64,000 nt of DNA from Patescibacteria group bacterium (GTDB taxonomy: Bacteria; Patescibacteriota; Patescibacteriia; UM-FILTER-42-10): assembly GCA_041666845.1 (NCBI GenBank), contig JBAYGC010000004.1, positions 7,965 to 71,964 on the forward strand, in the 5' to 3' direction. The notes beneath the pieces were generated by a model. The model made no database searches and was not told the origin of the DNA. It saw nothing but the letters and a program-made list of their open reading frames with translations. The position numbers were made by a program, and so were the translations under genes. Numbering within the stretch: the stretch's first letter is position 1; every line of letters begins with the position of its first letter. Below, piece after piece: positions 29,423-37,137 of this stretch.

Positions 29423-30999
29423 AGCTTTTGGATTATCCCTCTTTCTGCATCAACCAATATTTTATCACCGTCGTTTAGTAATTTATCACAATCCGTCACG
29501 CCAACCACGCACGGTATTTTCATTTCTCTTGCCACGATTGCAGTATGACAAGTCAATCCACCCGCTCCTCCGATTAATGCTGATGCTTTTTTCATGGCCG
29601 GTACTAAATTCGGATTGGTATTGTGCGCTACCATAATATCCCCTTGCCGCATCTTCTTCATATCTGCCGGAATGTTTACTATCTTTACCACCCCATCAAC
29701 CCTGCCAGGATAGGCGCAAGTTCCAGAGAGTTGATTTTTGCTTTTTTTGGATTTTTCTATGCTTATGGTCTTCATGAATTTTTCCGCTTCACTCCCGGTT
29801 ATAACTCTATTGATATACCCCGCCTGTCCCTTGCGCTTCCAATAATCAACCGCCTTTTTAATCCTTTCATTCAGTATGTGAACATCCACTTTGCCAACTT
29901 TCAAAATGGTTATTATTTCACTCGGCTTTAAAGCCTGCATCTGGCTGATCGACAGTCCAAACCTTTTTCCTACCTCTTTAAAAATTTTCTCATAATAATA
30001 CATTGCGTTGTATAGTCCATCCTTCCGGTAACTCTTCATATAAACCATTCCCTGAGCCATCTTCAGAATATCTTTTTCATGTTCAGAAAATCCGATTTGA
30101 CTAATGAGCTTTTTCTGTTCTTTCAATAAATCATCTCGATCATTTTGTTTTTTACTTAACATTGCTTGTGGATTTTTCTTTCCACGCAATAATGCCTGCC
30201 AACGAGCCAAATAATCCTTCAACGGATAAGCCGGACCTTTATATTGATATGTTAATGGACTAAATTTTTGATAGTGTCTGATGATATCCTTATAAATTTG
30301 CCTATCAATCCTTTCTAAATTATTCATCAAACTTTGCAAACTAGACTGAATAAATACCTCCTTAAGCTTTCTTCTTCTAACGATTGCTGATGCAATTTTC
30401 AGAAAACTTTCTTCTTCTTTGTATAACAAACTACGTTTTGTTGGTGAGGTAAGAATTGAGAAAGCTATAGAAATACTATGTTTTAGATTAGTATTTTTCA
30501 ATTTTTTTACAAACATCTTCATAATCGCCTTAGTAACCAGCTGGTCCCCGGCATCGGATTGCCAAGTTACACCTAACGCATATCCATGACTAAGCATGTG
30601 AACATTTCTAATTTCTTTCATCAGTTTCGCAATTTGCATGTTACTCATGCTTGATAAATTCATTCTTTTCACTCTGTTCATTATCTTGAAGAATTCAGCA
30701 GTCGCTTCCTCAACATCTTTAATGATTTTTAAAGCCCATCTCGGTTTCTTTATTACCTTCTTTGCTAGGAATCCGCATTGCGCTTCAAATTCTTTCTGCA
30801 CAAAGATCATTTGAGAAGAATCACCATCAAAATAAGTAATATATTCCCGCGCAAAACTCCCCAATCCTTGTTTTGGGTACACAGAAAAAAATGCTTCACT
30901 TGGAATTTCCATCATGAAAATAGTATTCTGGGGGATATCTTCAACTACTTCCCATATTTTTTTACCAATTAACCCAGATTTCATGTTTTTCTTTTTCAT
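29419..30999 (-). CDS. PEP-utilizing enzyme mobile-domain protein 7
   Basis: GGLTCHTAIVAREMKIPCVVG; start moved to MKKKNMK because the longer ORF overlaps a tRNA; ATGA overlap with a PRTase. Confidence 0.88.
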   Translation of the reverse strand: MKKKNMKSGLIGKKIWEVVEDIPQNTIFMMEIPSEAFFSVYPKQGLGSFAREYITYFDGDSSQMIFVQKEFEAQCGFLAKKVIKKPRWALKIIKDVEEATAEFFKIMNRVKRMNLSSMSNMQIAKLMKEIRNVHMLSHGYALGVTWQSDAGDQLVTKAIMKMFVKKLKNTNLKHSISIAFSILTSPTKRSLLYKEEESFLKIASAIVRRRKLKEVFIQSSLQSLMNNLERIDRQIYKDIIRHYQKFSPLTYQYKGPAYPLKDYLARWQALLRGKKNPQAMLSKKQNDRDDLLKEQKKLISQIGFSEHEKDILKMAQGMVYMKSYRKDGLYNAMYYYEKIFKEVGKRFGLSISQMQALKPSEIITILKVGKVDVHILNERIKKAVDYWKRKGQAGYINRVITGSEAEKFMKTISIEKSKKSKNQLSGTCAYPGRVDGVVKIVNIPADMKKMRQGDIMVAHNTNPNLVPAMKKASALIGGAGGLTCHTAIVAREMKIPCVVGVTDCDKLLNDGDKILVDAERGIIQKL

Positions 31000-31005
31000 T
31001 CTAAT

Positions 31006-31080
31006 TGGTGCCCCCATGAGGAATCGAACCTCAATCTTAGGCTCCGGAAGCCCACATTCTATCCGTTGAACTACAGGGGC
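31006..31080 (-). tRNA. tRNA-Arg(CCG)
   Basis: GCCCCTGTAGTTCAACGGATAGAATGTGGGCTTCCGGAGCCTAAGATTGAGGTTCGATTCCTCATGGGGGCACCA; cloverleaf, TTCGA loop, encoded CCA. Confidence 0.93.
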
Positions 31081-31234
31081 ATGTTGAAATATTAATCTAC
31101 TACTTGCCTTCCGAAGCTCAAATCTAATTTGAGCGAAAGAAGGAGCTACAGGCGCATTCTTGACGCAGCTTAATATTAACACGTTTATATATACTGGATC
31201 TATTGCCCGTCCGCTTTAATACTATTTTCAACTA

Positions 31235-31930
31235 CTATAACTCGTCTTTTTTAAGTGATTTTTTCCAAGCCAAAAACATCCGCCAACTCTTTTTATCTTT
31301 ATGCCAGCCGGTAGGATCAGCCAAATAAGCTTTCTGGACAGTTATTGCTTCAACAGGCAGTTTTTTAGCTTTCCTCACATAGTCAAGCCATTCGTGGCGG
31401 TTATAAAGATTATCAAAAGTAATTCCCATTTTCTGTAATCGTTTTTTAAAATTCTGATTCCTTGCATGCCAAGAATCATTGATTACCACCACGTGCTTCA
31501 CCCTAATCCCGTCCTTAGCGCAATCCTGAATCGCTTTCAATACCGTACTCCCTAAACCGATTACATCGTCTACTAAAACCCCAACGGAATTCTTTTGGTA
31601 GTCCCCTTCCACCCATTTTTTTCGCAAGGTAGGCTTTCTCTTTTTGTTTAAATAGGCAAAGGGAATTCTGGTTTTTAGACTGGTTGCCAAAGCAATGGGA
31701 ATGCCAGCCATAGGAATACCCACGATTAAATCTACTCTTTTCTTTCGATTGTATTTATTAATAATCTTCCCCAATTCCTCCGCGATTATCTCCATTACCT
31801 CAGGATGTGAGTAAAGGCATCTACTGTCATTAAAGAAAGGTACAATCGCTCCAGTAGTCGACTGTCTGAAGGGACCGACCGAGATTTTCATTTTGGCTAC
31901 TGCATTTAATACTCGTTTATTCTCGCTCAT
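31235..31930 (-). CDS. Type I phosphoribosyltransferase, PyrE-like paralog 3
   Basis: PFFND, VGIPMAG, VLVDDVIGLGST. Confidence 0.85.
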   Translation of the reverse strand: MSENKRVLNAVAKMKISVGPFRQSTTGAIVPFFNDSRCLYSHPEVMEIIAEELGKIINKYNRKKRVDLIVGIPMAGIPIALATSLKTRIPFAYLNKKRKPTLRKKWVEGDYQKNSVGVLVDDVIGLGSTVLKAIQDCAKDGIRVKHVVVINDSWHARNQNFKKRLQKMGITFDNLYNRHEWLDYVRKAKKLPVEAITVQKAYLADPTGWHKDKKSWRMFLAWKKSLKKDEL

Positions 31931-32631
31931 ATCTTATCAAAACTTTCATCAAAAATTAAGTTCTTTTCTACTACACCTAATTGTTTGAATTCCTTCCAAT
32001 TTTTGGGATCCTTTTGCCAGCCGAAAGGATCGTCAAGCATTTTGATAATGAGTCTGCAAAAATCCTTTTCTAGAAATTTCTGATCTGCAGCATATTTCAT
32101 TATACCCGGCCAAGTTATTAGTGCGATAAATTTATATTTTCTACTCTTTCGGAGCCAATTTTGTGCCTTGCGGTATTTGAGTCCGTAAAATGCATCCATA
32201 ATCACGATAATACCCTTAACCTTCAAACCAGCTGCTTCTAATGTTTTAACTATCTCCTTCTTATCACCACCAGTAGACATAGCATCATCCACTATTACCA
32301 CACTCTGACCCTTATGATACATGCCCTCGATAACGTTATTTGTATTGTACCCCTTCGGTTTTTTTCTCAGATAAAGAAAGTCTCTTTTTAGAGTACTGGC
32401 TACCGCTACACCGAAAGGCACCCCTGCGGCTTCCCGGCTGGCGATTAAATCCGATTTTATAGTCGCCGCTGCTTTTGCCAGTTCTTGGGTCAGTATGCTA
32501 AAAACCCTGTTTCGGGAAAAAGCATTACGATGATCGGGATATAGGGGAAAATGTCCGATACGCGGACTTATAAAATTCCCAGCAATAAAATATCCTTTGA
32601 ATAACAATGCTTTTGCCGCCCGTTTATTCAT
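31927..32631 (-). CDS. Type I phosphoribosyltransferase, PyrE-like paralog 4
   Basis: PLYPD, ASREAAG, RKKPKGYN, VIVDDAMSTGG. Confidence 0.85.
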   Translation of the reverse strand: MNKRAAKALLFKGYFIAGNFISPRIGHFPLYPDHRNAFSRNRVFSILTQELAKAAATIKSDLIASREAAGVPFGVAVASTLKRDFLYLRKKPKGYNTNNVIEGMYHKGQSVVIVDDAMSTGGDKKEIVKTLEAAGLKVKGIIVIMDAFYGLKYRKAQNWLRKSRKYKFIALITWPGIMKYAADQKFLEKDFCRLIIKMLDDPFGWQKDPKNWKEFKQLGVVEKNLIFDESFDKI

Positions 32632-32697
32632 ATAATTATCCTGAAATTAGCTACTTAGCAAGTTTTTCCTGCAATGAACCCACAGGATAAATTTACT

Positions 32698-33372
32698 CTA
32701 TTTAGCTGAATCAGTAAAACCTTCAGATTTTGCCAGTGAAACAAATTCGTTCCACTTTTTATTATCTTTCTGCCATATCTTCAAATTCTTCCATATATCA
32801 AACATATAATCACCGAGTTTCTTCGAGATATATCCGTTCTTAACCATGTATTTGACCAGATCATTATGTTTTACGAATGAGTGAATTCTTATTTTATTCT
32901 TTGCATAAAATGGTATGTACTCCACACCAGCATCATAAAGTACCAAAACGTCTTTTACAACCAGACCTTTTCTCTGTAATGTCTTAATGAAGCGTTCTTT
33001 GGTACTGCCGGTCCCGATTCCATCATCAACTACCAAGACATTCTCACCTTTTCTATACAACCCTTCCAGTAAAGTCGCTGTCGAACCGTCTTTGCGCGTT
33101 TTCTGCCGGAGATAAATAAAAGGTTTGTGTGAAGCAAGCGATACGGCCATAGCTAGAGGTGTGCCTGATACCATCGTGCCTGCTACCAGATCAATATTTT
33201 TTCCCTTCATAAAATTAGCAATTTCTTCTGACACAACTTTCATTTTATCCGGGTGGGAATAAAGACGCTTGCTGGTAATATAAATCGGAGATGGTTCGCC
33301 CAGTGAGCCGTAAAACTTGCCAAAAACAAAAAAACCAAAGTCACTCAGTAGCTTGGCGATACGTTTATTCAT
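32698..33372 (-). CDS. Type I phosphoribosyltransferase, PyrE-like paralog 5
   Basis: SPIYI, AGTMVSG, LVVDDGIGTGST; start set at MNKRIAK by similarity to paralog 4. Confidence 0.85.
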   Translation of the reverse strand: MNKRIAKLLSDFGFFVFGKFYGSLGEPSPIYITSKRLYSHPDKMKVVSEEIANFMKGKNIDLVAGTMVSGTPLAMAVSLASHKPFIYLRQKTRKDGSTATLLEGLYRKGENVLVVDDGIGTGSTKERFIKTLQRKGLVVKDVLVLYDAGVEYIPFYAKNKIRIHSFVKHNDLVKYMVKNGYISKKLGDYMFDIWKNLKIWQKDNKKWNEFVSLAKSEGFTDSAK

Positions 33373-33516
33373 AAAAACAATTAGTATTAATACATTAGAT
33401 AGCAACTACTATCATAACGGATTTTCCAAAATTTGAAAACCCCATAACCTACTATCTTCTACGCTTGGTATTTGAATTCGGGAATTAACTCCCACACTTG
33501 ATACTAAGTGTAGAAG

Positions 33517-33545
33517 TTGACAAAAATGGGAAATAGGTGTATAGT
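33517..33545 (+). promoter_or_regulatory. Near-consensus sigma70 promoter
   Basis: TTGACA-17-TATAGT. Confidence 0.75.
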
Positions 33546-33711
33546 TGCCTGTTAAAATTGAATACTCTTGTTGGAAGAGTATAGACAGTCTGTTAAATGT
33601 GAAGTAATTCGTTTTCAGCAGAGTGCCTATTTTACTGGCACATTGACATAGAACACAACCAGTCCTGAAATACTGGCTGGCACAGAATCACCACTATCCC
33701 GGAGGTAGATA

Positions 33712-34299
33712 ATGACGAAGCGAGTCTTTATCCAGGGTGATCGCGATCCCAGTGTGGATCTCGCCGCATGCGCGCTGGAGATTGCTCAGCTCCTTAAGCA
33801 GAGGGGTTGGGAAGCGAACGTCGGCGCGTACGGCGGACTGGTTCGGATCTTCGAGGAGTCTGGCATGCGCTGCCATGCGCATGTTATAGCACCTCGCGGT
33901 AGAGAAGTCCAGTTCAGCGAACGAATCGTCGCATCGGTCACAGACTGCAACCAACTCGTTCGGTCTCTCCCGGCGGAGGTCCGCTGGGGAGGCGAAGCCG
34001 ACCAGATTCTCACCTGGGGTCTTCGTCTCGGCATCTGGATGGCTCATTCCGATGCCTTCATCTTCTTCGCCGGCCGGGAAGGTACGATGGCCCACCTTAT
34101 CCCGGTTCTCGCCTGGAACCGCAAGGTTCTGGCCAAAGAAGGGCGGGCCAAGAAGGTTGTCCTGTTCGGGTGGTTACGCAGTCAGATCAACGCCCTGCGG
34201 GCACTCGGTCTGTATTCGCCAGCCGATACGTGGCTGGCCTTCTACCCGGCCTTCCGCTGGAGCGAAGAGCTGACCGTCAACTTCCTCACCGAGGAGTGA
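33712..34299 (+). CDS. GC-rich LOG/SLOG-like Rossmann protein (divergent)
   Basis: GGAGGT RBS; A.EIAQLL...G....VGAYGGL; RL......SDAFIFFAGREGTMAHL resembles the LOG SDAF..LPGG.GT.EE motif. Confidence 0.65.
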   Translation: MTKRVFIQGDRDPSVDLAACALEIAQLLKQRGWEANVGAYGGLVRIFEESGMRCHAHVIAPRGREVQFSERIVASVTDCNQLVRSLPAEVRWGGEADQILTWGLRLGIWMAHSDAFIFFAGREGTMAHLIPVLAWNRKVLAKEGRAKKVVLFGWLRSQINALRALGLYSPADTWLAFYPAFRWSEELTVNFLTEE

Positions 34300-34303
34300 C
34301 AAC

Positions 34304-34435
34304 ATGGGCTTCATCAAGCCTGTCGCGCTCCTGCTTTCGCTGGTATGCCTGCTGGTAGCGACGAAGAACCATCGCAGTGATGGATCTCTCGCCACGATCG
34401 GCACCCTGCTCCTTATCGTTGGCGCAATGGCCTAA
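34304..34435 (+). CDS. Small 43-aa hydrophobic protein (below ORF-track cutoff)
   Basis: GAGGAG RBS at 34291-34296; MGFIKPVALLLSLVCLLVATKNHRSDGSLATIGTLLLIVGAMA*. Confidence 0.55.
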   Translation: MGFIKPVALLLSLVCLLVATKNHRSDGSLATIGTLLLIVGAMA

Positions 34436-34461
34436 AGCCTGGCGCCCCGCATCCTCTTCCC

Positions 34462-34503
34462 CCCCGCGCATCAAACTGATTAATTTCAGGGCGATGCGCG
34501 GGG
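34462..34503. terminator. GC-rich stem-loop between convergent genes
   Basis: ccccgcgcatc...gatgcgcgggg. Confidence 0.55.
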
Positions 34504-34506
34504 TGT

Positions 34507-35553
34507 TTATTTTGTCAAAATACTTGCATACCAATCGGCCGTTTTGTTTTTACTTCTGGTTATTAAAGCCAATCCGGTTTCTCTGATTTTTGCCTCCAAT
34601 CGTGGCCGGTTTTTGTAATATGATCCAGACCGGCCGTCGGTTCTGGAGACCATATATATCCCGGTCCAGACGGTAGTTCGTTTGATGACCCCCTTAATTT
34701 CATGAGCGGATATACCAAAAGATTTCATTGTTTTAACGTATGCTTTTATAAAATTTTTGATAAAATATCGGCAATCTTTGGATACTGCTACTTTTTCTTC
34801 CAGTATTTTTATTAGCCAATGTGCTAAAAAAATTCCATTATCGAGGGCTGGGTCATTTTCCATGGCAAAATCAAAATCCAAAACAGAAAAGCCATGCTTG
34901 CTGACAAAAATATTTCTGTATACTGGATCACCCCAAACAAAAGATTTCTTTGCTCTATCAGAATTTTTAACAAATTTTTTGATTGCTTCTTCTTTAATTA
35001 ATTTTTTAGCACCGAACATAACCCAATCCCGCCATATGAAATTTACTTTATTTTGATTGGAAATATTACTAAATAGCAGAGGCATGTTGTAGGTTCTCCC
35101 GTGCATCTTTCCAAAAAAATTACCAAACTCTTCTGCTAACTGCGGTTGCACTTTGTCTCTATTAAATTCTTCAATTAGTATTTTCTTTTTTCCTTGGATA
35201 TCATCCAACACTAAAATATAGTTGTGATAATCAACATGCAAAACTTGTGGTACGATCTTTTTCCCGATTAGTGACTCTAAAAATTTCAATTTCCTACCTT
35301 CAATTACAGTTCTTGCCGGATTTATTCGAATCTTTCGGTCTCTTTTTACATACCCATCAGACTGCTTCAAGTATAATATTTTCTTACCTTGATTAGTAAG
35401 ACATTCTGCTCGATAAACAAAAAATGCATTTGAATATTTTGTTATTTCGGTAACATTTATTACCTTTTTTATTTCAAAAATGAATCCATCTACCGCCTTG
35501 GCATTCAAATATCCAGCAATATTTTTTTCAGATAAGATTGTCCTTTTATTCAT
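34507..35553 (-). CDS. APH/ChoK-superfamily kinase, methylthioribose kinase (MtnK)-like
   Basis: N.FFVYR, YLKQS, R...E, FGKMHG.T, WGDPVYRNIFV, LDFDF, DPALD.G.FLAH. Confidence 0.75.
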   Translation of the reverse strand: MNKRTILSEKNIAGYLNAKAVDGFIFEIKKVINVTEITKYSNAFFVYRAECLTNQGKKILYLKQSDGYVKRDRKIRINPARTVIEGRKLKFLESLIGKKIVPQVLHVDYHNYILVLDDIQGKKKILIEEFNRDKVQPQLAEEFGNFFGKMHGRTYNMPLLFSNISNQNKVNFIWRDWVMFGAKKLIKEEAIKKFVKNSDRAKKSFVWGDPVYRNIFVSKHGFSVLDFDFAMENDPALDNGIFLAHWLIKILEEKVAVSKDCRYFIKNFIKAYVKTMKSFGISAHEIKGVIKRTTVWTGIYMVSRTDGRSGSYYKNRPRLEAKIRETGLALITRSKNKTADWYASILTK

Positions 35554-35717
35554 GATATATTCATCTTAACGCTTGTTTTACCGCTTGTAAACACACTAAA
35601 ACATATCTACTATTCTTTAAATTATGTGAACAGCAGAGCTTGCCAAATGCAGTTGATCACAACTACACAGACTTGCTTGCCCCCATATTAGACTCTGCAC
35701 CTACATCTTCTCAAGTA

Positions 35718-35743
35718 AAAAACAGGCTTCTTGGCCTGCTTTT
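35718..35743 (-). terminator. Putative terminator after the VirB6-containing operon
   Basis: aaaaaacaggc-ttcttg-gcctgctttt. Confidence 0.5.
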
Positions 35744-35757
35744 ATAACTCGCTAAAA

Positions 35758-37107
35758 CTATACCTGATTCGGTATGGAAAGTTTAACGCCCTCATCTTTA
35801 ACTTCCTGCCACACGTATTTTCCGCTGGCCAAATCGCCGTACACCATCCCCTGCACAGAAGTCTGTCCTTTTTCTACTAACATATTTTCGAGCTGTACAC
35901 CGAATCTGGCAGATTCAGCATCATCTAAACCCATTTTTTCTTTGAATATATTTTGTAAAAATACGCTGAAGTAGGGTGCGGTAAATCCGTTGCGTTGAAA
36001 ATCAGCTACTACTTCGGGCTTATATTCATTCTGCAAAATACTTTTTGTAAATGCACTGATTCTTTCGTTCAATTTCAATTCTGCGACCAGATCCCCTTTT
36101 TCCGCGATAATCCGCAAAGCCGCGATTGCCTTATATTTATCTTTTTGGTCAACTGCTGACATGAATGTTTCAACAATTGCACTTAAATTACCATTGTTCA
36201 GCTGTTCCAGGCCGGTTTCTGCATCATGAATCATAATCCTTTCTCCTTCGGAACCGAGGAATTCTTCAATCAGTTTTTCACGCTGTTTTTCCGGATCGAT
36301 AGTTTCGGCAGAAACTGGCTTTACTCTATCAACTATCTCTTCTTCAACCATATGCCCGGTAGTTGGAGTATAAAGTGGGGTCGGAAAACGGAGATAATCA
36401 TAAACCCGGATGACTTTCAGTATCAAATTTTTTTCCGCCGGAGCGAGGTTGCGCACATTTTTACCCTGGTTGATGTAGCTCACTTCTTCCACGGGCGAAT
36501 GCAAACTGGAAGAATTAAAGAATGCTTCAAAATCAACCAGCCAATTACCGACTGTCGACTCCTTCGTCTGCTTCAGGCCGTCATCTAAATTATATGCGCC
36601 ACCGATTGGCATTTTACCGATCTTTTCTTTGTTTTCCCTGATACTTTGAATCATGCGTTGACGTAAAACAACCAGCAAATCGAATGGGAAGCCTTTGAAT
36701 ACCATCATATTATAAAACAGCTCTTCAACCGGCAACTCCCAATAAAATGCTTTAACCAGAAAGTTTCGTAATAGCCAGGTGATTTCGAGCTCGCCACGGA
36801 CAGGCATTGTACGGAACATGCCATAAATCACCAAGTCCTGGTATTTCAGATATAGTTTCGGATCCTGTTCCTGGAAACCTTTGATCAGATTCTGCAGGAC
36901 GAAAATCATTTCCGATGAATCGCCCAATTCCATACCAAACTGCGGATCAATGAAAGTAATAAAAAGCCTTTCATATATTTTCTCATTTTTCAGATCTTCA
37001 GCGGATATTTGGCGGATGGAATCCGGAGTAAACAAAATAATTCGTTCCTGAACAATTTTATTTACGATATCTTCACGTAATGGAATTGAGTTTAAATCCA
37101 TGATCAA
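35758..37107 (-). CDS. Hypothetical protein downstream of VirB6-like gene
   Basis: 449-aa ORF co-oriented in the operon. Confidence 0.75.
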   Translation of the reverse strand: MIMDLNSIPLREDIVNKIVQERIILFTPDSIRQISAEDLKNEKIYERLFITFIDPQFGMELGDSSEMIFVLQNLIKGFQEQDPKLYLKYQDLVIYGMFRTMPVRGELEITWLLRNFLVKAFYWELPVEELFYNMMVFKGFPFDLLVVLRQRMIQSIRENKEKIGKMPIGGAYNLDDGLKQTKESTVGNWLVDFEAFFNSSSLHSPVEEVSYINQGKNVRNLAPAEKNLILKVIRVYDYLRFPTPLYTPTTGHMVEEEIVDRVKPVSAETIDPEKQREKLIEEFLGSEGERIMIHDAETGLEQLNNGNLSAIVETFMSAVDQKDKYKAIAALRIIAEKGDLVAELKLNERISAFTKSILQNEYKPEVVADFQRNGFTAPYFSVFLQNIFKEKMGLDDAESARFGVQLENMLVEKGQTSVQGMVYGDLASGKYVWQEVKDEGVKLSIPNQV

Positions 37108-37137
37108 TTTGATATTAAGTAACTGAAAATTAAACTA

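Noticed and set aside
6877-30999. Calling these genes canonical ppsA/ppdK or PTS enzyme I
   Set aside because: No C-terminal PEP/pyruvate TIM-barrel domain in any copy; the domains are split and multiplied.
31000-31182. N-terminal extension of the 587-aa ORF
   Set aside because: It reads through tRNA-Arg(CCG); the true start is likely 30999 or the Met at 30984.
28125-33372. Assigning the symbol pyrE
   Set aside because: Five divergent copies with altered hood motifs and no other pyr genes in the window; specificity cannot be inferred.
35580-35715. Possible ncRNA or gene relic between the kinase and the 449-aa gene
   Set aside because: No convincing structure, repeat or recognisable reading frame.
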